Origin: Cyanobacteriota bacterium
Lineage (GTDB): Bacteria; Cyanobacteriota; Cyanobacteriia; PCC-6307; Cyanobiaceae
Direction: 5' to 3'
NCBI GenBank assembly: GCA_035285785.1
Contig: JAYKJF010000132.1
Coordinates: forward strand, 12,776 to 76,775
DNA: 64,000 bases
The position numbers and the translations under genes are program-made. Below, one piece after another: positions 10,596 through 20,028 of this stretch (position 1 is its first letter; each line of letters opens with the position of its first letter). The notes beneath the pieces were generated by a model. It did not search any database and was not told the DNA's origin. It worked only from the letters and a program-made list of their open reading frames with translations.

Positions 10596-10940
10596 TCAGC
10601 AGAGAACGTTGATGGTGGCTCCAGACAAGCTGGTGGAGGCCTCCCTCAGGGCGTGGTGGGTGGCGTAGGTCCGGGTGATCCGGCTCAGCAGTCGGGGCAC
10701 GGCAGTGCACTGGGCCAGCTTCTGGAGATCCGCCACCAGCTCGAGGGTGCCGTCGGGCTGGTGGCGCCAACCCAGGGACGGCCCTTTGGGGAGCTGAATG
10801 TGAACATCCACGGGCTCGTGTTCCCCCGCAAACCCCAGCACCGTTCCATTCCGTTGCGGGGCCAGATGGAGGGCCTCCAGGGCTGACACCATGATCTCGA
10901 GATCCCGCAGCACCGTGGGGAGGATAGTGAGATGGGACAT
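10596..10940 (-). CDS. DUF1257 / Ycf35-like protein
   Basis: MSHLTILPTVLRD..ELVADLQ..ITRTYA. Confidence 0.8.
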   Translation of the reverse strand: MSHLTILPTVLRDLEIMVSALEALHLAPQRNGTVLGFAGEHEPVDVHIQLPKGPSLGWRHQPDGTLELVADLQKLAQCTAVPRLLSRITRTYATHHALREASTSLSGATINVLC

Positions 10941-10963
10941 AAGGACTGACGGCCCACTCCAGG

Positions 10964-11632
10964 ATGGATCCCTCAAACCCTAGCGATTTTGCGCAAACGC
11001 TCCAGTGGCCAATGCCACAGCCCTGGCCCTCCCATCCCATTCCCCTGCGCCTGGGGGTGATGGCCTCCGGGTCGGGCAGCAATTTCGAGGCGTTGGTGGA
11101 GGCCACCCGCCAGCAGAGGCTGCAGGCCTCCGTGGAACTCCTGGTGGTGAACCATGAGCAGTGCGGGGCCAGGAGCCGCGCGGAACGGCTGGCCATCCCC
11201 TGGCGCTGGATCGACCATCGGGCTTTCCCCAGCCGGGAAGACCTGGACGACGCCCTGATCGGGGCCTTTCGCGACGCCGGGGTGGATCTGGTGGTGATGG
11301 CGGGTTGGATGCGGATTGTCACGCCCCGGTTGATTGAGGCCTTCCCCGACCGCCTGCTCAACATCCACCCCTCGCTCCTGCCGAGCTTCCGGGGGCTGGA
11401 TGCGGTGGGCCAGGCCCTCGCCGCCGGAGTTTGCATCACCGGATGCACCGTGCATCTGGTGCGTCCGGAGGTGGATGCGGGCCCGATCCTGGCCCAGGCC
11501 GCCGTTCCCGTGCATTCCGGGGATGATGCCCCAACCCTGGCAGCCCGCATCCACACCCAGGAGCATCGGATTCTTCCCTTGGCCGTCGCCCTCGCGGCCC
11601 AACGGCTCGCCGGACTCCCGCCTCAGGGATAA
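10964..11632 (+). CDS. purN: Phosphoribosylglycinamide formyltransferase
   Basis: ASGSGSNF, AGWMRI, NIHPSLLP, GCTVH, VDAGPI. Confidence 0.96.
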   Translation: MDPSNPSDFAQTLQWPMPQPWPSHPIPLRLGVMASGSGSNFEALVEATRQQRLQASVELLVVNHEQCGARSRAERLAIPWRWIDHRAFPSREDLDDALIGAFRDAGVDLVVMAGWMRIVTPRLIEAFPDRLLNIHPSLLPSFRGLDAVGQALAAGVCITGCTVHLVRPEVDAGPILAQAAVPVHSGDDAPTLAARIHTQEHRILPLAVALAAQRLAGLPPQG

Positions 11633-12687
11633 AACGGCAGCAGGGGCAGGCCCATGTCCGGGGGCAGACCCGCCATCAGGTTGAGGCATTGCACCCCCTG
11701 GCCCGCCTGGCCCTTGATGAGATTGTCGATCGCGCTCATCACAATCAGCTGGCCGGTGCGGCGATCCACCTGCACCGACAGGAGGGCCCTGTTGGTGCCC
11801 TTCACCCACTTGGTGGCGGGGTAGGTGCCCACCGGCAGCACTTCCACACAGGACCTGTCGCGATAAGCCGCCTTCAGCAGGGTGGTGCAATCGTCCGCCG
11901 TGAGGCCTGGATCCCGCAGCCGGGCATAGACCGTGGCCAGCAGACCCCGCACCATGGGGATGAGGTGGGGGGTGAACTGCACCAGCAGGGGATGGCCACA
12001 GACCTGACTGCACTGCTGTTCGATCTCACTGGTGTGCCGGTGGCCGATCACCCCGTAGGGCGCCACGGATTCCCCCGCTTCCGCCAGCAAGAGATGCTCC
12101 TTGGCCGCCCGGCCCCCGCCGGATGTGCCGGTCTTGGCGTCGATCACGATGCCGTTGAGCTCGATCAGCCCCTGGCTCAGAAAGGGCATCAACGCCAGCA
12201 GGCTGGCCGTTGGGAAACATCCGGGAGCTGCCACCAAGCGGGCCTTGGCGATCCGCTCGGCCTCCCACTCGGCCAGGCCGTAGATGGCCTCCGCGCACAG
12301 ATCCCCATCGTCTCGGGGGTGGCTGCGGGCTTCACTGCTGTACACCTCCTGCCAATGGCTCAGGGAGCGGTAGCGGTAGTCGGCGGAGAGATCCACCACC
12401 TTCACGCCCCTGGCCACAAGGGACGGTACGAGCTGGGACGCAAGGCCATTGGGAAGGCTCAGCACAGCCAGATCCGCGGCTGCGGCGATGGCCTCAGCAT
12501 CACAGGCCTGCACCACCGGGTCGCCCGCGAGGGGAAGAAAGGGCACCAGATCGCTCCAGCGCTTGCCGCTGCTCCGCTCTCCCCCCAGGAACGTCACCTC
12601 CAACCGGGGGTGGCCCTGCAGCAGGCGAAGGGTCTGGAGGCCGCCGTATCCACTCGCCCCGATCACCGCCACGCGCCCTGCCGTCAT
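11623..12687 (-). CDS. argC: N-acetyl-gamma-glutamyl-phosphate reductase
   Basis: IGASGYGG, DLSADYR, APGCFPT, HRHTSEI, IDNLIKGQAGQ. Confidence 0.97.
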   Translation of the reverse strand: MTAGRVAVIGASGYGGLQTLRLLQGHPRLEVTFLGGERSSGKRWSDLVPFLPLAGDPVVQACDAEAIAAAADLAVLSLPNGLASQLVPSLVARGVKVVDLSADYRYRSLSHWQEVYSSEARSHPRDDGDLCAEAIYGLAEWEAERIAKARLVAAPGCFPTASLLALMPFLSQGLIELNGIVIDAKTGTSGGGRAAKEHLLLAEAGESVAPYGVIGHRHTSEIEQQCSQVCGHPLLVQFTPHLIPMVRGLLATVYARLRDPGLTADDCTTLLKAAYRDRSCVEVLPVGTYPATKWVKGTNRALLSVQVDRRTGQLIVMSAIDNLIKGQAGQGVQCLNLMAGLPPDMGLPLLPFYP

Positions 12688-12820
12688 CCCCTGGCTTCCA
12701 AACGGAGAATCCTAGTGGCCCCCTTGGGCCCCGATCCAGGTTTCAGGGGCCATCGATCCTCGCTGGTGCCAGCAAGGATCTATAAAGAAAGTCTGTTGAA
12801 CTCCCGGGTTCCTTTCATCC

Positions 12821-14530
12821 TTGACTCTCACGCCTGAGCGCCAGACCAACGACGCCGAGCCCTCCATTCATTTCGACTGCATTGCCGATGCCTTGGCGGC
12901 CATCCGCAATGGGGAGGCGATCGTGGTGGTGGATGACGAAAACCGGGAGAATGAGGGCGACCTGATCTGCGCCGCCCAGTTCGCCACGCCCCAGCAGGTC
13001 AACTTCATGGCCACCCAGGCCCGGGGCCTGATCTGCCTGGCCATGGAGGGCGAACGCCTGGATTCCTTGGATCTGCCCCTCATGGTGGATCACAACACCG
13101 ACAGCAACCAGACCGCCTTCACCGTGAGCGTGGATGCGGGCCCGGAGCACGGGGTGGGCACAGGCATTTCGGCGGAGGACCGGGCCCGCACAATCCAGGT
13201 GGCGATCCATCCCCAGACCCGGCCGGCCGACCTGAGGCGCCCTGGGCACGTGTTTCCCCTCCGCGCCCGCGCGGGTGGGGTGCTCAAGCGCGCAGGCCAT
13301 ACGGAGGCTGCCGTTGATCTGGCGCGCCTTGCCGGGCTCTATCCAGCCGGCGTGATCTGTGAAATCCAGAATGCCGATGGCTCGATGGCCCGGCTGTCCC
13401 AGCTTCTGCCCTACGCCCAGACCCATGGCCTGCGGTTGATTTCCATTGCCGATCTGATCCGTTATCGGCTGGCCACCGAGCGTTTCGTGCGCCGCCAGGC
13501 GGAAGCCCTGCTGCCCAGTGCCTTTGGCGATTTCCGCGCCATCGGCTACCGCAATGAGCTCGATGGCAGCGAACATGTGGCCCTCGTGAAGGGCCATCCC
13601 GAACAGGCCACGGCGCCGGTGCTCGTGCGTGTGCACAGCGAGTGCCTCACCGGCGATGCCTTCGGCTCCCTGCGCTGCGATTGCCGACCCCAGCTGGAGG
13701 CCGCCCTGCGGATGATCGAAGCGGCAGGAGAGGGGGTGGTGGTGTATCTCCGCCAGGAGGGGCGCGGGATCGGTCTGGTGAACAAGTTGCGGGCCTACAG
13801 CCTGCAGGATGGCGGGCTGGACACGGTGGAAGCCAACGAGCGCCTCGGCTTTCCCGCCGATCTGCGCAACTATGGGGTCGGGGCTCAGATCCTGAGTGAT
13901 CTCGGCGTGCGGCACCTGCGGCTGATTACCAACAACCCCCGCAAGATTGCCGGGCTGGATGGTTACGGGCTCCAGGTGGTTGATCGGGTGCCCCTGGTGA
14001 TTGATGCGGGCACCCACAATGCGGCCTACCTCACGGCCAAGCGCCTGAAGCTGGGCCATCTGATGGAGCCGCCCCGGGCAGAGTCGGCGGAAGCCGCTCT
14101 CTCGCCCCCCAGTGCAGGTCCCACCGCCGTGGTGGCCTGGCAGGCCGCTGGGGTGGATCCCCAGCGGGATCACCTGCTCCAGCAGCACCTACAGGGCTGG
14201 GCAGAGGAGCGCCACCTGCGGCTCCTGGTGGAAGACCATCCCCGCCTGTTGGCCCTTCTGGAGGGTCCATCCCTCGCCATCCTGCTGATGGCCCAGCCCG
14301 ACCAGGAGTTGCAGCCCGCCGATCTGGCAGCCCTTCTCACCCTCCTCGGGGGATGGCCCCAGACCCGGGCCGTGGCCCTCCTGCTGGCGCCCGATGGCCC
14401 CCGCAGCAGCCATCCCTCGGCCCTGTTGGAGCCGGAGCGCAGGCCCCTGGCGGAATTGCACCAGGCCGCCACCCTGGCCTGTCCGTGGCTGAGCCTGGAA
14501 CCAGGCGCCTTCTTGCGCTGGCAGGTCTGA
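12821..14530 (+). CDS. ribBA: Bifunctional DHBP synthase / GTP cyclohydrolase II with C-terminal extension
   Basis: [44 protein letters not shown]. Confidence 0.97.
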   Translation: MTLTPERQTNDAEPSIHFDCIADALAAIRNGEAIVVVDDENRENEGDLICAAQFATPQQVNFMATQARGLICLAMEGERLDSLDLPLMVDHNTDSNQTAFTVSVDAGPEHGVGTGISAEDRARTIQVAIHPQTRPADLRRPGHVFPLRARAGGVLKRAGHTEAAVDLARLAGLYPAGVICEIQNADGSMARLSQLLPYAQTHGLRLISIADLIRYRLATERFVRRQAEALLPSAFGDFRAIGYRNELDGSEHVALVKGHPEQATAPVLVRVHSECLTGDAFGSLRCDCRPQLEAALRMIEAAGEGVVVYLRQEGRGIGLVNKLRAYSLQDGGLDTVEANERLGFPADLRNYGVGAQILSDLGVRHLRLITNNPRKIAGLDGYGLQVVDRVPLVIDAGTHNAAYLTAKRLKLGHLMEPPRAESAEAALSPPSAGPTAVVAWQAAGVDPQRDHLLQQHLQGWAEERHLRLLVEDHPRLLALLEGPSLAILLMAQPDQELQPADLAALLTLLGGWPQTRAVALLLAPDGPRSSHPSALLEPERRPLAELHQAATLACPWLSLEPGAFLRWQV

Positions 14531-14576
14531 AGGCCCCCCTCCGTCCTGTAGAACAGCGGCAGCATTGACCTTCGCC

Positions 14577-15494
14577 ATGGCCCCATCCCCCGCCCTCGAC
14601 CTCAGCAAGGCTCGGCTCGGGGTGCTTGGGGGTAGCGGTCTTTACGCCATGGAGGGTCTGGAGGACGTCAGGGAACTGACGATCAGCACCCCCTACGGCG
14701 ATCCTTCCGATGCCCTGCGCCTCGGGCGGATCGGGGATCTGGATGTGGTGTTCCTCGCCCGCCATGGTCGCCACCACACCTATCTGCCCACGGAGGTGCC
14801 CTATCGGGCCAATCTCTGGGCCCTGCGCTCCCTGGGGGTGCGCTGGATCCTGTCGGTGTCAGCCGTCGGCTCCCTGCAGGAGCAATTCCGCCCTCTCGAC
14901 ATGCTGGTGCCGGATCAGTTCATTGATCGCACCCATCAACGTCCCCTGAGCTTCTTCGGCGAGGGCCTGGTGGCCCATGTCACCGCTGCGGATCCCTTCT
15001 GTCCAAGTCTGAGCACCATCCTGGCGGACGTGGCGGACAGCCTCATGCCCGAAGGGCGTGCCCTTCACCGGGGGGGCACCTATCTGTGCATGGAGGGACC
15101 GGCCTTCTCCACCCGCGCTGAATCCGAGCTGTACCGCTCCTGGGGCTGTGCCGTGATCGGAATGACCAACCACACGGAAGCCCGGCTGGCGCGGGAAGCG
15201 GAAATGGCTTATGCCACCCTGGCCATGGTGACCGACTACGACTGCTGGCACCAGGAGCACGACTCGGTGACCGTGGAGATGGTGATCGCCAATCTCCAGG
15301 CCAACGCAGCCCTGGCCCAGACCATCGTGCGGCTCGCCGCTGAGCGGATCGGCGCGCAACGCCCTTCCAGTTCTGCCCACAGGGCCCTGCGCCATGCCCT
15401 GATGACTCCGGCGAGCCACGTGCCCGCAGAGACCCGGTTGCGCACCGAGCTGTTCACTGCTCCCTATTGGGGGGATGCAGGGTCAAACCCATGA
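14577..15494 (+). CDS. mtnP: S-methyl-5'-thioadenosine phosphorylase
   Basis: GGSGLY, LARHG, PDQFIDRT, EGPAFSTRAES, VTDYDCW. Confidence 0.96.
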   Translation: MAPSPALDLSKARLGVLGGSGLYAMEGLEDVRELTISTPYGDPSDALRLGRIGDLDVVFLARHGRHHTYLPTEVPYRANLWALRSLGVRWILSVSAVGSLQEQFRPLDMLVPDQFIDRTHQRPLSFFGEGLVAHVTAADPFCPSLSTILADVADSLMPEGRALHRGGTYLCMEGPAFSTRAESELYRSWGCAVIGMTNHTEARLAREAEMAYATLAMVTDYDCWHQEHDSVTVEMVIANLQANAALAQTIVRLAAERIGAQRPSSSAHRALRHALMTPASHVPAETRLRTELFTAPYWGDAGSNP

Positions 15495-16395
15495 CCTCCA
15501 GGGTGGCTCGCAGGGAGGGCCCATGACGGTTGAGCGCATCGGCCGCTGAGGCCCCGTCCAAACCACTGACGGCCATCAGCAGGGCCCGTTTGACGGACCC
15601 CTGACTCTCTGCCAGCAGGGCCCGGCCCTGCTGGCGATCCACCCCCGCCAGATCGGCCAGGATCCGCAGGGCCCGGTCCTCCAGCTTGGCGTTGCTGACG
15701 GACACGTCCACCATCCGGTTCCCATGCACTTTCCCCAGCCGCACCATCAGGCCGGTGGAGAGAATGTTGAGGGCCATCTTGGTGGCGGTGCCGGCCTTCA
15801 GCCGGGTGGAACCGGTGAGTAGCTCGGGGCCCGTGAGCAGGCGCAGATCGATGTCGCAGGGCATGGGAGCCTGCTCGCTGGGAACGCAGGCCATCGCAAT
15901 CGTGAGGGCGCCGATGGCCTGGCCATGGCGGAGCCCGCCCAGCACGTAGGGGGTGGTGCCCCCTGCGGCGATGCCCACCAGGGCGTCCGCCGGCCCAAAC
16001 CCCCGATCCTCCAGATCTTGCTTCCCCTGGGCTTCCAGGTCTTCCAGCCCCTCGGAGCTGCGCAGCAGGGCCGGTGCCCCTCCCGCCAGGATGCCCTGGA
16101 CCAGTTCTGGGGGTGAGCAGAACGTGGGCGGACATTCCGCCGCATCCAGCACGCCCAGCCGGCCGGAGGTGCCTGCACCCTGATAAAAAAGGCGCCCGCC
16201 CTGGCGCACCCGAGCGGCAATGGCCTCGATGGCTTCCGCCAGCTGGGCGGCGGCTTGGTGCACGGCCCTCTGGGGCTCCAGATCGTTCTGGCAGAACAGC
16301 TCCACCAGGGCATCGGTGGAGAGTTGATCCAGGTTTTGGCTCAGGGGATTGGGCAACTCCGTGAGCAGGTGGCCCCGATTCAGCTCGGCAATCAC
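15454..16395 (-). CDS. murQ: N-acetylmuramic acid 6-phosphate etherase
   Basis: GAGTSGRLGVLDAAECPPTF, GSTRLKAGTATK, GNRMVDV. Confidence 0.97.
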   Translation of the reverse strand: MIAELNRGHLLTELPNPLSQNLDQLSTDALVELFCQNDLEPQRAVHQAAAQLAEAIEAIAARVRQGGRLFYQGAGTSGRLGVLDAAECPPTFCSPPELVQGILAGGAPALLRSSEGLEDLEAQGKQDLEDRGFGPADALVGIAAGGTTPYVLGGLRHGQAIGALTIAMACVPSEQAPMPCDIDLRLLTGPELLTGSTRLKAGTATKMALNILSTGLMVRLGKVHGNRMVDVSVSNAKLEDRALRILADLAGVDRQQGRALLAESQGSVKRALLMAVSGLDGASAADALNRHGPSLRATLEVMGLTLHPPNREQ

Positions 16396-16793
16396 AGCAG
16401 TCCCTCCAGACGGCGACGGAAGGCTTCGAGCTCCGGATCCTCCCCTGGTGCCGCATCGGCGGATGGGGAGGGTTCCCCCTCCTTCCAGTGGTTCACATCG
16501 AGATTCTGCGGGGGTGGAGCGATCAGCAGGCGATCCTCCTCGCTTTTGGGAAGAAAGCCCGCCGGCACAAAGCGGGCTTCGTAGCCCGCCTGTGCACAGA
16601 AGAGTTCCACATCCTCCCGCTGGATGCGCTCCACGGTGGGCAAGGGGAAATCCTGGGCTTCCAACAGGCCCGCATAGCGCTCCGCGTCGTCCACATCCTC
16701 GAAGAGCAGCACCACCGTGCGCCCTCCCAGCTCGATGGAGTGGATGCCCTCGTCGTCGCTGCCGGCATCGAAGAGGAGCACGTGCACGGGCAT
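16392..16793 (-). CDS. DUF3110 family protein
   Basis: VLLFDAG..EGIHS..FEDVDDAERYAGLLEAQDFP; C-terminal RRRLEGLL. Confidence 0.85.
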   Translation of the reverse strand: MPVHVLLFDAGSDDEGIHSIELGGRTVVLLFEDVDDAERYAGLLEAQDFPLPTVERIQREDVELFCAQAGYEARFVPAGFLPKSEEDRLLIAPPPQNLDVNHWKEGEPSPSADAAPGEDPELEAFRRRLEGLL

Positions 16794-16847
16794 GGCCGTG
16801 GCATCACGAGGGGCCAAGGGCACGAGGGGCGGCGCATCGCCAGTGTG

Positions 16848-17750
16848 TCACCCAGGGTCGGCGTCGGCCAGTTCCTGAAGGCGGCGGTAGAGGGCTTCCT
16901 CCGCCTCACCCAACGCTGAAGGCACCACAATGCGGAGCTCCACGATCTGGTCGCCCACCTGCTCCTCCAGGCGAAGGCCCCGGCCCCGGAGCCGCAGCAG
17001 CCGCCCGCTGGATGATCCGGCGGGGATGCGAAGCCGCACGGGCCCATTGAGGGTGGGCACCTGCTGGTGGCACCCCAGCACCGCTTCAGCAGGGGTGAGA
17101 TCCAGGGTGTACAGCACCCGCAAGCCATCGATCCGCAGTCCTTCCGGGGTGCGCACCCGGAGATGGAGAAAGTGATCGGCCCCCCCAGGGGCCAACCCTG
17201 GCAACCGCAGACGCCAGCCATCGCCTGCCAGGGGGGGCGTCCACACTTCCACCACCGTTCCATCGCGGAGCTCCAGCTCCACCCGATCACCGCTCAGCGC
17301 CTGATCAGGTAAGAGCTCCACCAGGGTTTCTTCCGCCGTGGTGGCACGGACAGGTGGCGGTGGGGGAGGGGAGGTGGTGACTCGGGCTTCTCCCCAGTCG
17401 TCGGGAGGTTCCGCAGGCTCGGGGGTGGGGGCCTCGGGCGAGCCGAACAGGGCGTCGAGGTAGCTCTCAAACGGGGGGAAGCCCTGGGCAAAAGGGTCGT
17501 TGGAGCGGCCCGATCCCCCGGCTCCGCTCTCTTCTCCAGCCTCCCAGGCCTGGCGCCGCCTCGGATCCGAGAGCACCGCATAGGCCTCGTTCACCCGCTT
17601 GAAACGCTCCTCGGCCACCGGATCGTTGCCGTTGAGATCGGGGTGCCAGCGGCGCGCCTGCTCCCGGAATGCCCGTTTCAGCCGGGCGGGATCGGCGCCT
17701 GGTTCAAGGCCCAGCACCTGCCAGTAATCCGTCGTGCCGAGAGGGCTCAT
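16848..17750 (-). CDS. dnaJ: DnaJ-class co-chaperone (J domain plus C-terminal domain, no Zn finger)
   Basis: HPD motif, EERFKRVNEAYAVLSD, LRLRGRG; downstream of dnaK. Confidence 0.92.
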   Translation of the reverse strand: MSPLGTTDYWQVLGLEPGADPARLKRAFREQARRWHPDLNGNDPVAEERFKRVNEAYAVLSDPRRRQAWEAGEESGAGGSGRSNDPFAQGFPPFESYLDALFGSPEAPTPEPAEPPDDWGEARVTTSPPPPPPVRATTAEETLVELLPDQALSGDRVELELRDGTVVEVWTPPLAGDGWRLRLPGLAPGGADHFLHLRVRTPEGLRIDGLRVLYTLDLTPAEAVLGCHQQVPTLNGPVRLRIPAGSSSGRLLRLRGRGLRLEEQVGDQIVELRIVVPSALGEAEEALYRRLQELADADPG

Positions 17751-17763
17751 ACGCAGGGTGGTG

Positions 17764-19899
17764 TCACCGCGGACCCCATGGATCCTCGTCGTCCTGTTCC
17801 CAGCGAGGGGAACGGCCCCTGCTGGATTCGGTGGACCTCAGGGATGGGTCGCGATCCTCACGCCAGGGGGAAGGGGATGACTCTTGGAAGGGTGCGGGCT
17901 CCCGGAAGCGATCGAGCCGTTGGGGGCGGTCGTCCCAGGGATCGGGGCGATCCCACCGATCGCCCCGATCGCCCCTGTAGGGCGGTTCCCAGCTGTCCCA
18001 GTCATCCTCGGCAAAGAGTTCGTCCTTCAGCGACCCGAGGGTGTTCTTGAGGCCCTGAAGGGGCCCCCCCTCGTTGCGCTGCTCACTGAGGAGCCGGCGA
18101 TTGAGCCCGAACAGGGCCTCCTGCAACTGGCTGACGGCCAATTCCAGCTCGGGATCTTCGGTGTTTTGATCCGCCAGCAGATCCTGAACCTGCCTGACGG
18201 CCAGCTCCACGCTCCGCTGCTGCCGTTCAGCCCCGTAGGGACCCAGTTCCAGGGCGGCATCCCGGAGGCGCCGCTCAGCCTGCGAGACCAGGGTGAGGGC
18301 CCGGTTGCGCCGATCGATCACCGCACGCTTGCGGCGATCTTCCCCCGCCTTTCGCTCCGCCTCCTCCAGCAGGGCCTGGATTTCTTCCTCACTGAGGTTG
18401 GAGCCCCCCTGGATCGACACGCTCTGTTGCCGTCCGGTGGTGCGGTCGGTGGCCGACACCTGCAGAAGGCCATTGGCATCGATGTCGAACGACACCTGCA
18501 CCTGGGGGACGCCACGGGGCGCAGGCGGAATTCCCGACAGCCGGAATCGGCCGAGGGATTTGTTGTCGGCACCCATCTGCCGCTCCCCCTGCAGCACGTG
18601 GATGTCCACGGAGTTCTGATTGGGTTCAGAGGTGCTGAACACATCGCTCTTGCGCACGGGGATCGGGGTGTTGCGTGGGATCAGCACCTTCATCAACCCT
18701 CCGATGGTTTCCAGCCCCAACGAGAGGGGGGTGACATCGTTCAGCATCAAATCCCGCAGTTCACCGGTGAGGATCCCGGCCTGGACGGCGGCACCGATCG
18801 CCACCACCTCATCGGGGTTCACCGATTGGCACGGATCCCTGGGAATCAAGGTCCGCACCATGTCCTGAACCATCGGCATCCGGGTCCCCCCACCCACGAG
18901 CACCACATCGTCGATCGAATCGGCCGTGAGATTGGCATCCCGCAGGGCCCGTTGAACCGGACGGAGCAGCCGGTCCAGCAGTTCGGGACAGAGCCCCTCG
19001 AAGGTGCGACGCTCCAGGGTGGTTTCAATGTGGAGGGGACCATCCGGCCCCGTGGCAATGAAGGGAAGCGACAGGGGGGTGGACGCCACCCCCGAGAGTT
19101 CCTGCTTGGCTTTCTCCGCGGCTTCGCTCAAACGCTGCAGGGCCTGTCGATCCCGCCTCAGATCAAGGCCGTGCTCCTTCAGGAAGGCTTCAGCCACCCA
19201 GTCCACAATGGTCTGATCCCAGTCGTTTCCTCCCAGCTGGGTGTCACCACTGGTGGCTTTGACATCGAACACACCGTTGGCGATGCGGAGGAGGGAAACA
19301 TCAAAGGTGCCGCCACCGAGATCAAAGACCAGGACGCGCTTGACCGCACTGCGATCAAATCCATAGGCCAGGGCCGCCGCGGTGGGTTCATTCAGAATCC
19401 GCTCCACGCTGATGCCGGCCAAACGTCCCGCATCCCGGGTCGCCTGGCGCTGGGCATCGTTGAAGTAGGCGGGCACGGTGATCACAGCGGCCTCCACCGG
19501 TTCCCCGAGATAGGTGGACGCATCGTCCACCAACTTCCTGAGGATGCAGGCCTGCAGCTCTTCCGGGGCATATTCCCGTTCCGTGGCGGGGCACACGACC
19601 CGCACCTGCCCCGCATCGTTCGCCCTCACCGTGTAAGGAACGGAGAGGGTGTTGTCGTCCAGTTCCTCCCAGCGGCGGCCGATGAAACGCTTCAGATTGG
19701 CAAACGTGTTGCGGGGGTTGAGCACAAGCTGGCGTCGGGCGGCCTGGCCCACCAGAAGTTCCTGTTCTCGGGTGAACCCCACCACGGAAGGGGTGGTGCG
19801 AGATCCCTCCGCATTGGCGATCACCTGGGGGCGGCCACCCTCGAGCACAGCCACCACGGAATTCGTGGTGCCCAGGTCGATGCCCACAATTCTCCCCAT
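17764..19899 (-). CDS. dnaK: Hsp70 chaperone, DnaK3 type
   Basis: GIDLGTTNS, TVPAYFND, DLGGGTFD, NPDEVVA; long D/R/W-rich tail and dnaJ linkage typical of cyanobacterial DnaK3. Confidence 0.96.
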   Translation of the reverse strand: MGRIVGIDLGTTNSVVAVLEGGRPQVIANAEGSRTTPSVVGFTREQELLVGQAARRQLVLNPRNTFANLKRFIGRRWEELDDNTLSVPYTVRANDAGQVRVVCPATEREYAPEELQACILRKLVDDASTYLGEPVEAAVITVPAYFNDAQRQATRDAGRLAGISVERILNEPTAAALAYGFDRSAVKRVLVFDLGGGTFDVSLLRIANGVFDVKATSGDTQLGGNDWDQTIVDWVAEAFLKEHGLDLRRDRQALQRLSEAAEKAKQELSGVASTPLSLPFIATGPDGPLHIETTLERRTFEGLCPELLDRLLRPVQRALRDANLTADSIDDVVLVGGGTRMPMVQDMVRTLIPRDPCQSVNPDEVVAIGAAVQAGILTGELRDLMLNDVTPLSLGLETIGGLMKVLIPRNTPIPVRKSDVFSTSEPNQNSVDIHVLQGERQMGADNKSLGRFRLSGIPPAPRGVPQVQVSFDIDANGLLQVSATDRTTGRQQSVSIQGGSNLSEEEIQALLEEAERKAGEDRRKRAVIDRRNRALTLVSQAERRLRDAALELGPYGAERQQRSVELAVRQVQDLLADQNTEDPELELAVSQLQEALFGLNRRLLSEQRNEGGPLQGLKNTLGSLKDELFAEDDWDSWEPPYRGDRGDRWDRPDPWDDRPQRLDRFREPAPFQESSPSPWREDRDPSLRSTESSRGRSPRWEQDDEDPWGPR

Positions 19900-19952
19900 G
19901 TCCGAATTCAATCCGTCCGTCTGAGGGCCAAGCTACTTGCTACTGCTAGTGG

Positions 19953-19971
19953 GTTAAACCCCCCTTAAACC
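19953..19971 (+). promoter_or_regulatory. Putative Pho box (SphR/PhoB binding site)
   Basis: GTTAAACC-ccc-CTTAAACC, 11-bp period, close to cyanobacterial PyTTAAPyPy consensus, about 60 bp upstream of pstC. Confidence 0.7.
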
Positions 19972-20028
19972 CCCCAGCTCCTGGGACTGTCAAGATCACA
20001 GGGTGATTCAGCGATCCTCGGCTGCTGC

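Noticed and set aside
12690-12820. FMN riboswitch upstream of ribBA
   Set aside because: The gap is about 130 bp, shared with the argC promoter, and lacks RFN motifs
15454-15494. Convergent 3' overlaps (mtnP/murQ; also psb29 with its neighbour)
   Set aside because: Short tail-to-tail overlaps are routine in compact high-GC genomes
17884-19968. 694-aa plus-strand ORF opposite dnaK
   Set aside because: Familiar antisense ORF artefact of high-GC dnaK genes; the same applies to long shadows over ribBA, the M61 peptidase, purK and hisZ
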